This document shows positions 56,937-63,965 of a DNA stretch of 64,000 bases, piece after piece (within the stretch, counting starts at the first letter, position 1; every line of letters starts with the position of its first letter). Below the pieces are notes generated by a model. It was not told where the DNA came from. It did not search any database and saw nothing but the letters and a program-made list of their open reading frames with translations. This stretch comes from Bacteroidales bacterium (GTDB taxonomy: Bacteria > Bacteroidota > Bacteroidia > Bacteroidales > VadinHA17). A program made the translations under genes and the position numbers. The stretch is from assembly GCA_034003345.1 (NCBI GenBank), contig JAVEYS010000001.1, forward strand, positions 70,513-134,512, written 5' to 3'.

Positions 56937-58304
56937 TTATTTGGCCTGTATGGTTATATTTTCAAGAGTAAGGGGTATTCCTTTATAAAAATCCAGAACC
57001 TTGGTTTTGAAAACAAATTCATATTTTGCCTGTGCCATTTCACTCTGGGCATTGAGCAGCTGTGTCTTTGACTGGCTGTATTCCACTGCTGTAACCATTC
57101 CAACTTCAAGTTTCTGTTCGGCATAACGGTATGCCTCCTCCATTGAGGCCACAGCCTTCTGACTTGCAAAGAATTTTTTCAGTGCCCCGTTAGCGTCGGT
57201 ATAGGCCTGCTGGATGCTTTTGTACAACTGTTTCCTGGTATTTTCAAGACTATACCTGGTATTCTCAATGTTTAGTCTTGAATTTTTAATACCGGTGTTG
57301 ACCTGCCAGCCGTTGAAAATGGGGATATTAAGAGAGAGTCCAATGCCATAGTTCAGGTTGTCATTCAGCTGCTCACCGAATGGATAGGGGGCCTCTGTAA
57401 CAGGCTTAAGCCTTGTATCTGAATAACCTGTTGATAAGGAGGCTCCAAGAGAGAGCCTCGGGCTCCTGCTTCCCTTTGCTATCGCGAGTTCATATTCGGC
57501 ACTCTTAAGCTGGTATTCTGCACTTAATATCTCGGGCCGCGTCTTCTCTGCAACGGAAAAGATGTTGAGGGGGTCGGCATTAATGTTGGCGTCTTCAACG
57601 GTTATGGCCGGAATTGCGACGGCAAAATCTTCAGCATTCTCCAGCTCAAGCATCTGTGTCATGTTCAGGAGAGAGAGGGTAAGCTGGTTCTGGAGATTAA
57701 CCAGCTGCAGCTCTTCACGGGCAGCCTGAGCCTCTATCTCGAGCAGGTTGCCGCTGGCAAGGCTGCCGGCATTGACCATTTTACGCGTGCGCTCTATCTG
57801 TTGCCTGGTCAGAGCCATCTGGCTCTCTGTAGCAGCAACGAGCTCCTGATTGAGGAGTATCTGAAGATAACCAAGAGCTATATTAAGCGAAATATCATCC
57901 CTGAACTTCTCGAGGTCCTGCTCACTGGCAAGAACCTGGTATCTGTTTTTCTTTATGGTGTTGTAGTTCACCAGTCCATTGAAGAGCGTAACATTACTTC
58001 CCGCATAGAAGCTATTTGACTGTACCCGCTCATTCTCGGTAAACTCATAGGTGGTTTCATCCAGTGCCCGGCCAAAGGCATAGTTGTGAGAAGCACTCCC
58101 GTTAAGGGTCGGAAGCAGGTTCAGTTTAGACTGCTCCAGGGCAGAGACCTGGTATTCTGTCATCAGCTCCTGTTGCTTTATCTGAATGTTATTACGGAGA
58201 GCGTGAGCTATGCACTCCTCCAGTGTCCATGTCTTTTGTTGTGACAGCAGGGCGAGCGGACTAAGTATTATGAAAAAGCCCAGTGAGAGGATACTTTTTT
58301 TCAT
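56937..58304 (-). CDS. tolC: TolC-family outer-membrane efflux protein
   Basis: Signal peptide, 'LEECIAHALRNNIQIKQ' and duplicated OEP repeats. 455 aa. Confidence 0.9.
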   Translation of the reverse strand: MKKSILSLGFFIILSPLALLSQQKTWTLEECIAHALRNNIQIKQQELMTEYQVSALEQSKLNLLPTLNGSASHNYAFGRALDETTYEFTENERVQSNSFYAGSNVTLFNGLVNYNTIKKNRYQVLASEQDLEKFRDDISLNIALGYLQILLNQELVAATESQMALTRQQIERTRKMVNAGSLASGNLLEIEAQAAREELQLVNLQNQLTLSLLNMTQMLELENAEDFAVAIPAITVEDANINADPLNIFSVAEKTRPEILSAEYQLKSAEYELAIAKGSRSPRLSLGASLSTGYSDTRLKPVTEAPYPFGEQLNDNLNYGIGLSLNIPIFNGWQVNTGIKNSRLNIENTRYSLENTRKQLYKSIQQAYTDANGALKKFFASQKAVASMEEAYRYAEQKLEVGMVTAVEYSQSKTQLLNAQSEMAQAKYEFVFKTKVLDFYKGIPLTLENITIQAK

Positions 58305-58368
58305 GTTTTCAGTGACAACATTATATAAAGTTACGAAGATAGGAAATTGATCAGTATAATAAAGACAA

Positions 58369-58376
58369 CAAATATA
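58369..58376 (-). promoter_or_regulatory. Bacteroidota -7 promoter box (TATATTTG on minus strand) for tolC-macA...
   Basis: Exact TAnnTTTG match 65 nt upstream of ATG 58304. Confidence 0.4.
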
Positions 58377-58421
58377 TTATCATGCTGATTAGTGCTGATA
58401 AACGAGTCTTTCATTTTTGCT

Positions 58422-58429
58422 TATCTTTG
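58422..58429 (+). promoter_or_regulatory. Bacteroidota -7 promoter box (TATCTTTG) for fbaA
   Basis: Exact TAnnTTTG match 41 nt upstream of ATG 58470. Confidence 0.5.
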
Positions 58430-58469
58430 TCAGGCCCAACAACAAATTTTAAATAAAAAAGATAAAATA

Positions 58470-59546
58470 ATGAGCAATAAAGGATTAAATCTGGAACCCG
58501 GTGTGATCAGCGGGGAGGATGTAAAAAAACTGTTTGATTACGCCAACAAGAACGACTTTGCCATACCGGCAGTAAATGTGGTGGGAACTGATTCTGTCAA
58601 TGCGGTGCTGGAGACTGCCCGGGAAGTGAATTCACCGGTAATCATACAGTTTTCCAATGGCGGGGCACATTTCTTTGCAGGCCAGGGTCTGACAAAAGAA
58701 AACCAGACCGGTGCCATCGCCGGTGGTATATCAGGGGCACTTCATGTTCACAATGTATCAGAATATTATGGCATACCCGTCATTCTTCATACTGATCATG
58801 CGGCACGTAAGCTGCTTCCCTGGATTGATTCTCTGCTTGATGCCGGAGAGGAGTTCTATGAGACTAACGGCAAGCCGCTCTTCAGCTCGCATATGCTTGA
58901 CCTGTCCGAAGAACCGCTGAAGGAGAATATTGAGACCTGCAAGCGTTATCTTGAGCGTATGGACAAGATGGGCATGACACTGGAGATAGAACTTGGCGTG
59001 ACCGGAGGAGAGGAAGATGGCATTGACAATACCGGTGTTGACAGTTCAAGACTGTATACCCAGCCTGCTGATGTAGCCTTTGCCTACGAGGAATTGCTGA
59101 AAGTGTCTCCCAACTTTACCATTGCAGCATCTTTCGGCAACGTGCACGGAGTGTACAAGCCGGGTAACGTCACGTTGCGGCCGGAGATACTGAAAAACTC
59201 CCAGGTCTATATCAGGGATAAATACAAGACCGGACCCAATCCCGTGAACTTTGTCTTCCACGGCGGATCAGGATCAGAGAAGCATCTGATAACTGAGGCA
59301 ATAAAATACGGTGCTGTCAAGATGAATATTGATACTGATATGCAATGGGCATTCTGGGAAGGTGTAAAAAATTATTATGAGGACAAAAAAGGCTATCTGC
59401 AGGGTCAGATTGGCAATCCCGATGGAGATGACAAGCCCAACAAGAAGTATTATGACCCGCGGGTCTGGCTTCGCAAGGGACAGGAGACCTTCATCGCAAG
59501 GCTTAAGGAGGCATTTGCTGACCTTAATGCAATGAACCGGTTCTAA
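58470..59546 (+). CDS. fbaA: Class II fructose-1,6-bisphosphate aldolase
   Basis: Starts at ATG 58470 (MSNKGLNLEPGVISG...). Motifs ILHTDHA and FVFHGGSGS. 358 aa. Confidence 0.93.
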   Translation: MSNKGLNLEPGVISGEDVKKLFDYANKNDFAIPAVNVVGTDSVNAVLETAREVNSPVIIQFSNGGAHFFAGQGLTKENQTGAIAGGISGALHVHNVSEYYGIPVILHTDHAARKLLPWIDSLLDAGEEFYETNGKPLFSSHMLDLSEEPLKENIETCKRYLERMDKMGMTLEIELGVTGGEEDGIDNTGVDSSRLYTQPADVAFAYEELLKVSPNFTIAASFGNVHGVYKPGNVTLRPEILKNSQVYIRDKYKTGPNPVNFVFHGGSGSEKHLITEAIKYGAVKMNIDTDMQWAFWEGVKNYYEDKKGYLQGQIGNPDGDDKPNKKYYDPRVWLRKGQETFIARLKEAFADLNAMNRF

Positions 59547-59571
59547 TACTTATCAATAATATATCATAAAG

Positions 59572-59602
59572 CAGGTCAGCGAGTTATCTCTGGCCTGTTT
59601 TT
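59572..59602 (+). terminator. Rho-independent terminator after fbaA
   Basis: 8-bp stem CAGGTCAG/CTGGCCTG (one G-U pair) with a 10-nt loop, followed by TTTTT. Confidence 0.65.
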
Positions 59603-59682
59603 ATATTGTTAATAAGTAATCTGTTTCATCCCCAGAAGGGATGGCGGTCAGGGCTATTTTAGCATAAAATTGTCAAAGAGGA

Positions 59683-59925
59683 TTGAGACGCGGAACAGCC
59701 ACTGAGGAGAATATAAAGAGGACCACCACCTTAACACTCAGGCTTAACCAGAGGGAGGCGAGGGCTCTCAATATCTACTGCAAGCGGTTCAGGGTAAGAA
59801 GCAAGTCGGACTTCATGCGACGGACCATTATGCAGGCAATTGTTGGCAGGTTTGATATAGAGCATCCCTCATTGTGGGAACAGGGTGAACTGACCCTTTT
59901 TTCACATGATCGGAAAAATAACTGA
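59683..59925 (+). CDS. Possible ribbon-helix-helix (CopG/MobC-like) small protein
   Basis: 80-codon ORF whose only possible start is TTG 59683; the frame opens after TAA 59665-59667. Its pattern is beta-strand 'TLTLRLN', helix 'QREARALNIYCKRF', then 'SKSDFMRRTIMQAI', which is RHH-like. Evidence that it is coding is weak. Confidence 0.35.
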   Translation: MRRGTATEENIKRTTTLTLRLNQREARALNIYCKRFRVRSKSDFMRRTIMQAIVGRFDIEHPSLWEQGELTLFSHDRKNN

Positions 59926-59953
59926 AAAGGAATAGGAGCAAATCATATTTTAC

Positions 59954-59961
59954 TATTTTTG
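59954..59961 (+). promoter_or_regulatory. Bacteroidota -7 promoter box (TATTTTTG) for the DUF1987 gene
   Basis: Exact TAnnTTTG match 41 nt upstream of ATG 60002. Confidence 0.45.
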
Positions 59962-60001
59962 CACAGCTACATGGAGGGCGGGGAATAGCCTATGGGAGTA
60001 T

Positions 60002-60385
60002 ATGGGATTGGATGTCATTAAAATAGAACCTACAAAAGTAACACCTGGTGTGCTTTTTCTTGAGGGTCACCTTGAGATTAAGGGCAGATCGATATCTGAA
60101 AATTCAACTGATTTTTACAGACCTCTTGAACAATGGGTAGCTTCCTATGTGGAGACGACCGAGGTTCGTACTCATGTTGTACTCGCCTTTGATTTCATCA
60201 ATACGGCATCAACGAAATGGGTTTATGCCATTGTAAAGAGGCTCGCTCATTACCACAATGTTCATGAGATGATATCCATTGAGTGGTATTATGAAAAGGG
60301 TGATGAGGAGCAGTATGAGCTTGGCCAGATCATTCAGTCATTCATTGATTGTCCCTTCATCTTTTACGAGACGGAGCAGACCTGA
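60002..60385 (+). CDS. DUF1987 / SiaC-family regulatory protein
   Basis: 127 aa reading 'IEPTKVTPGVLFLEGHLEIKGRSISENSTDFYRPLEQWV...VVLAFDFINTASTKWVYAIVKRL...ISIEWYYEKGDEEQYELGQ', which follows the DUF1987 pattern. Confidence 0.7.
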   Translation: MGLDVIKIEPTKVTPGVLFLEGHLEIKGRSISENSTDFYRPLEQWVASYVETTEVRTHVVLAFDFINTASTKWVYAIVKRLAHYHNVHEMISIEWYYEKGDEEQYELGQIIQSFIDCPFIFYETEQT

Positions 60386-60403
60386 AATCCAAAAATAAAT
60401 AAC

Positions 60404-60411
60404 TATTTTTG
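60404..60411 (+). promoter_or_regulatory. Bacteroidota -7 promoter box (TATTTTTG) for tRNA-Gln
   Basis: Exact TAnnTTTG match 23 nt upstream of tRNA position 1. Confidence 0.55.
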
Positions 60412-60433
60412 CATTGCCTTATAAGGCACCGAT

Positions 60434-60506
60434 TGACCCATGGTGTAATTGGCAACACGTCTGATTTTGGTTCAGAAGAGTCGGGGTTCGAGCCCCTGTG
60501 GGTCAA
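60434..60506 (+). tRNA. tRNA-Gln (anticodon TTG)
   Basis: Hand-folded cloverleaf. Acceptor TGACCCA/TGGGTCA. D-arm GTGT-AATTGGCA-ACAC. Perfect anticodon stem TCTGA/TCAGA with loop TT-TTG-GT. 5-nt variable loop. T-arm CGGGG-TTCGAGC-CCCTG. Discriminator A. CCA is not encoded. Confidence 0.9.
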
Positions 60507-60538
60507 CAGAAAAACAGCCGTGAGGCTGTTTTTTTATT
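60491..60538 (+). repeat. Direct repeat copy A (last 16 nt of tRNA-Gln plus its terminator)
   Basis: The sequence AGCCCCTGTGGGTCAACAGAAAAACAGCCGTGAGGCTGTTTTTTTATT recurs 122 nt downstream with one substitution and one T fewer. Confidence 0.9.
60513..60535 (+). terminator. Rho-independent terminator of tRNA-Gln
   Basis: Stem AACAGCC/GGCTGTT with loop GTGA. The T-tract is 7 T in total, two of which lie within the stem. Confidence 0.85.
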
Positions 60539-60612
60539 GGGGAGATTGAGAGAAAGGCATGGGGGCGAGAAGTTTATCCCGATAGCCTGAGCATAGCGAA
60601 AGCGTATCGGGA

Positions 60613-60659
60613 AGCCCCTGTGGGTCAACAGAAAAACAGCCGTAAGGCTGTTTTTTATT
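60613..60659 (+). repeat. Direct repeat copy B (orphan tRNA-Gln 3' end plus terminator)
   Basis: AGCCCCTGTGGGTCAACAGAAAAACAGCCGTAAGGCTGTTTTTTATT. The preceding 'TATCGGGA' resembles a degraded T-arm (tRNA: GTCGGGGTTCG). No 5' tRNA half is present. Confidence 0.9.
60635..60656. terminator. Second copy of the terminator hairpin, placed to act bidirectionally at the GNAT 3' end
   Basis: Stem AACAGCC/GGCTGTT with loop GTAA and a T6 tract (two of them in the stem) on the plus strand. On the minus strand the same hairpin follows the GNAT stop (60655-60657) and is trailed by TTTTTCTG. Confidence 0.7.
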
Positions 60660-61194
60660 CATGTTTGTTCAAATACCTTGCGTACCTGTATTCATCCCAG
60701 ATCTTTTCGTTCTTGATAATAGCCTCTTTAAGGATAGCCTCTCTTATAAAACCGCATTTCTCGAGTACCCTCTGTGAAGGCAGGTTATACTCAAATACGC
60801 CGGAGAATATTTTAACGATATCAAGTTCCCGGAAGCCATATTCGCAGATGAGATTCACGGCACGAGTGGTGATACCCCTGTTCCAGTAGGGTTCACCGAT
60901 GAAGTATCCGATTTCGGCCGTTTTGCGATACACATCATCCTGTCTGTTCAGCCCGATGTTACCTGCGTAGTCACCTTCAAATTCAATTGCAAATACCTGT
61001 AACGGACTCTGGAGCAGACACATGTCTATGAATTTATCAGCATCAGCAATGGAATATGGATGAGGAAAGGCATCACGCAGATTATCGGCTATCTTTTTAT
61101 TATTTGCCAGCTCTGCCATACGATATTTGTCACCAGGTATGAATTTTCTGATTGTAACAACGCCGTCAGTAAGCTTGAATGCAGGAGTTCTCAT
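60655..61194 (-). CDS. GNAT-family N-acetyltransferase (RimJ/RimL-like)
   Basis: 179 aa with 'IGYFIGEPYWNRGITTRAV' (acetyl-CoA binding Q/RxxGxG/A-like) and '...NLPSQRVLEKCGFIREA'. Confidence 0.85.
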   Translation of the reverse strand: MRTPAFKLTDGVVTIRKFIPGDKYRMAELANNKKIADNLRDAFPHPYSIADADKFIDMCLLQSPLQVFAIEFEGDYAGNIGLNRQDDVYRKTAEIGYFIGEPYWNRGITTRAVNLICEYGFRELDIVKIFSGVFEYNLPSQRVLEKCGFIREAILKEAIIKNEKIWDEYRYARYLNKHE

Positions 61195-61277
61195 GATGGG
61201 TAAGCTTTAGGATAACGGTCTGTAAAGATATTAATTTGAGTATTATTGAATGATAAAAAGGTGAGCGCTTCTGATGC

Positions 61278-63965
61278 TCATCGCGGATAGTCCGGGCAGT
61301 GCACTGTGAAGTTCCAGGCTGTGCCTGATGATCCGGAGCAGTTGGGATTGACCCTTACTTCGATGACGGAGGTGTATCCGTTGAACTGTACCTGCACCGA
61401 GCGGCTCTCGCCCACGCAGCCCGAGTTGAATATTGTCCTGCCACCCTGCGAGATAATGATCTGGTCTTTTACATCGAAGGTCTGGTAGTCAAACCTGAAG
61501 ACTCCGCTGGGCATACCCAGATCAATCTGGTGTACCTCAGGGGCATTACCTCCTGCCTTCTGTGTATCGTTGCACCTGCTCTGATGCACCACTGCAGGCT
61601 GCTGGTTGGCAGGGGTGTTGCCTGAGGGCATGTTGCCGGGCACATTACCGGTTATTGCTCCCGAGATGATAGACATAAAATCTACCACTGTATTCATGTC
61701 TATAGTGGGCCTTCTTCTTTCCGGCTCACATGCTGTTCTGGAGCTGTTCCATACATACCCCGGCAGACAGTCGCATACCATTATGTCATTTAACGCGTCA
61801 TAGACAGGCTGTGAGTTAGGTATGTGCGAGCAGTTAGCATGTACAATCTGCGTTGCAGTAATCGGGTCGCAGCCGATCAGATCGTCACGCCACTGGTACC
61901 CCGGCAGACAGTCGCAGTAAGGCTCCTGCCTGACCGGATCCCACATAGGCATGGTGTTAGGCAGCAGGTCACAGTTGAAATTGTTGAATTGTGCCACGGA
62001 TTCCGGGTAACACATGGTTCTGTTCTCATCCCATACATATCCTGGCAGGCAGTCACAGTATACTTTCTTAGTGACATCATCCCATACACCATGAGTATTG
62101 GGATAACCTGAGCAATCAGCCTGTGAGGCCAATAGCTTGCCGGTCTCTTCACATCCCAGGTTATCGGGTCTCCATGAGTAACCCGGAAGACAATCACAGT
62201 AAGCCTCATTCCTGACATAATCCCATAACGGTTGTGTATTAGGCCAGGCAGAACAGTCCGAATCGTTGAGGATATTCTGGATATCAGGTTTACACTGACC
62301 TGTGGTGGGATCATAAACAAAATAGTCCTTACATACACAATCATATACTCCGGTAGTATTGTTCCAGACCGGTTCTGCATTGGGATCCTGACAGTCGGGT
62401 ATTTCCGGCTCAACGTCAGCCGGTTCAACGCAGACGCCCTGGTCATTCCTGATATAACCGTCGATGCATATACACACCTCTGCAACGGGGTCATAGATTT
62501 CATTAGGACCGCATGACTGATCCTGTTCAACGTCCTGAACCTCACTGTTCAACCGGAGAAGGCCCAGGTCCATGCATTGTTTGTAGATTCTGGAGGTCTC
62601 TTTCAGGTCTGAATAGCCGCTGGCGCTCACTGTTATCTCAATAGCAGAGCCGTTCTGGTTTTCCCCGGCCATTTCTATCATCATGGAGTACCGGCCATTG
62701 ACCGTCTGGTCCGATCTGACCCCTGCCGGTGTTGTTATTGTAACCGAGGCATCTGAGATCGGGTTCCCCTCCTGATCTTCAATGGTGCCTTCGAAGAGAA
62801 CCAGATCATACATTATGCCGGTCAGTGTCTTTGTTGCTTCGCGAATGCCATCCTTATTAAAAGTATACTTCGCGATAAATAGCTGGCGATCAGTATTTAC
62901 TGACTCCATAAGCGTCATCCAGTCACCGTATTTATTGCGTCTTTCGAGGAGTTTGTCCCGGCATAAATCCATTGCTGCGAGCCTGCCGAACTCTTTCTGA
63001 CCCCAGTTGCGCGATTCAATGTAGAGTAACTGATAGCTGTTGCACCAGCGTATCATCTCATCGGCCGGGATCACTGACTCATTGGCCAGCTTCCATGTTG
63101 AAAAAATCTCTGCTACCAGACCAAATGACGCTTTCAGTTCGGTCCATTTAGCCGAGCTCCAGATGTAGACCTTATCACCACCGGTATTTGTCCATATCTC
63201 TCCACCGACAGGCCGCACGCCTGTATAGCATATTATATCGCCTGTTTCAAGTCTGGAGAATGCCAGCCGTTTAGGATCTGCACGGTTAGGATTGGCATCA
63301 CCTCCGATATAACTACTGATGCAATTGCCTGCACGGTCGTGGATCTGTTTCTGTATATCCTTCAGACCACCCAGCGCCAGATCGATACCTTCCTTGAAAT
63401 ACCTGATACCAGTGCGGATCATGAATGTTACAGGATCTCTTATTGCTTCATATTCCTTTTCCTCGGGAAGCAGTTTTTCAACATCCTCAAAGAAATTGCT
63501 CATTACCTCAAGAGAGCGGAAAGGATTCTGGTCGTCAGGCGCATAACGCTCATAGAAATTTACCGCTTTTTCAATATCTTCCTTTACATCTGCCACATCT
63601 TTAAGCCCGCCTTCAAACTGCTTCAGTTTACCCAGGGTATAGTTTACCTTGGCAGTGAAACCGTTTTTTTCTGCTTCATTGATGGCCTTTTGCAGCTCGG
63701 GTGGAAGCCGGTGGAAGTTATCTTTAAGGATTCCCCAGTGATTTAGCATCTCGGTAAGCTTCTCCTGGGATTCCTTCACCATTGACTGTGATGTCGAGAG
63801 AGCGTCACTGAGCGTCTCCTTTTGATCGTCGGTGAGCTTCATATAGGCAGGAGGAGCAGTCTGGGCCGAGATGTCATTACCTGCAAACAGGCAAGACAGC
63901 AGTGCCGTGAAAACTGCATACACAAGCAGGTTCCTTGGTTTCATGGGCAGATTTTTAAAAGGCAT
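61278..63965 (-). CDS. Large secreted multidomain protein with tandem Cys-rich (EGF-like) modules, function unknown
   Basis: 895-aa ORF. Signal peptide (alternative start M8: MKPRNLLVYAVFTALLSCLFAG). Helical N-terminal ~380 aa. CarboxypepD_reg-like beta-sandwich (GTIEDQEGNPISDASVTITT...NGRYSMMIE). Six Cys-rich modules (residues 485-746). A Pro/Gly/Asn linker. A ~100-aa C-terminal Cys-containing domain. Confidence 0.8.
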   Translation of the reverse strand: MPFKNLPMKPRNLLVYAVFTALLSCLFAGNDISAQTAPPAYMKLTDDQKETLSDALSTSQSMVKESQEKLTEMLNHWGILKDNFHRLPPELQKAINEAEKNGFTAKVNYTLGKLKQFEGGLKDVADVKEDIEKAVNFYERYAPDDQNPFRSLEVMSNFFEDVEKLLPEEKEYEAIRDPVTFMIRTGIRYFKEGIDLALGGLKDIQKQIHDRAGNCISSYIGGDANPNRADPKRLAFSRLETGDIICYTGVRPVGGEIWTNTGGDKVYIWSSAKWTELKASFGLVAEIFSTWKLANESVIPADEMIRWCNSYQLLYIESRNWGQKEFGRLAAMDLCRDKLLERRNKYGDWMTLMESVNTDRQLFIAKYTFNKDGIREATKTLTGIMYDLVLFEGTIEDQEGNPISDASVTITTPAGVRSDQTVNGRYSMMIEMAGENQNGSAIEITVSASGYSDLKETSRIYKQCMDLGLLRLNSEVQDVEQDQSCGPNEIYDPVAEVCICIDGYIRNDQGVCVEPADVEPEIPDCQDPNAEPVWNNTTGVYDCVCKDYFVYDPTTGQCKPDIQNILNDSDCSAWPNTQPLWDYVRNEAYCDCLPGYSWRPDNLGCEETGKLLASQADCSGYPNTHGVWDDVTKKVYCDCLPGYVWDENRTMCYPESVAQFNNFNCDLLPNTMPMWDPVRQEPYCDCLPGYQWRDDLIGCDPITATQIVHANCSHIPNSQPVYDALNDIMVCDCLPGYVWNSSRTACEPERRRPTIDMNTVVDFMSIISGAITGNVPGNMPSGNTPANQQPAVVHQSRCNDTQKAGGNAPEVHQIDLGMPSGVFRFDYQTFDVKDQIIISQGGRTIFNSGCVGESRSVQVQFNGYTSVIEVRVNPNCSGSSGTAWNFTVHCPDYPR
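61728..62393 (-). repeat. Five in-frame tandem coding repeats (period 141 nt / 47 aa) inside the 895-aa gene
   Basis: CCCCGGCAGACAGTCGCA occurs at 61758 and again at 61899, with diverged copies at 62040 and 62181. The encoded modules follow C-x3-PN[TS]-x3-[WY]D-x7-CDCLPGY-x-W-x6-C. Confidence 0.9.

Noticed and set aside
60539-60612. Spacer hairpin with a GCGAAAGC GNRA loop, considered as a group II intron domain V or other ribozyme remnant
   Set aside because: The arms are very unequal (20 nt versus 10 nt). It has no AGC-triad/bulge geometry, and no intron-encoded protein or other intron domains lie nearby.
59683-61194. GNAT plus RHH toxin-antitoxin pair (TacAT/AtaRT-like)
   Set aside because: The RHH-like ORF and the GNAT are on opposite strands, ~730 nt apart, and separated by the DUF1987 gene and tRNA-Gln. 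The GNAT looks RimJ/RimL-like rather than TacT-like.
61728-62393. Regular 141-nt DNA periodicity considered as a CRISPR-like or satellite array
   Set aside because: The period is far longer than CRISPR repeat-plus-spacer units. The copies are diverged throughout and in frame within one long ORF, so they are coding tandem repeats.
61877-62545. 222-aa ORF on the same strand as the 895-aa gene but in another frame
   Set aside because: It arises because the tandem 141-nt repeats keep an alternative frame open. The main frame encodes the regular four-Cys modules and runs the full 895 codons.
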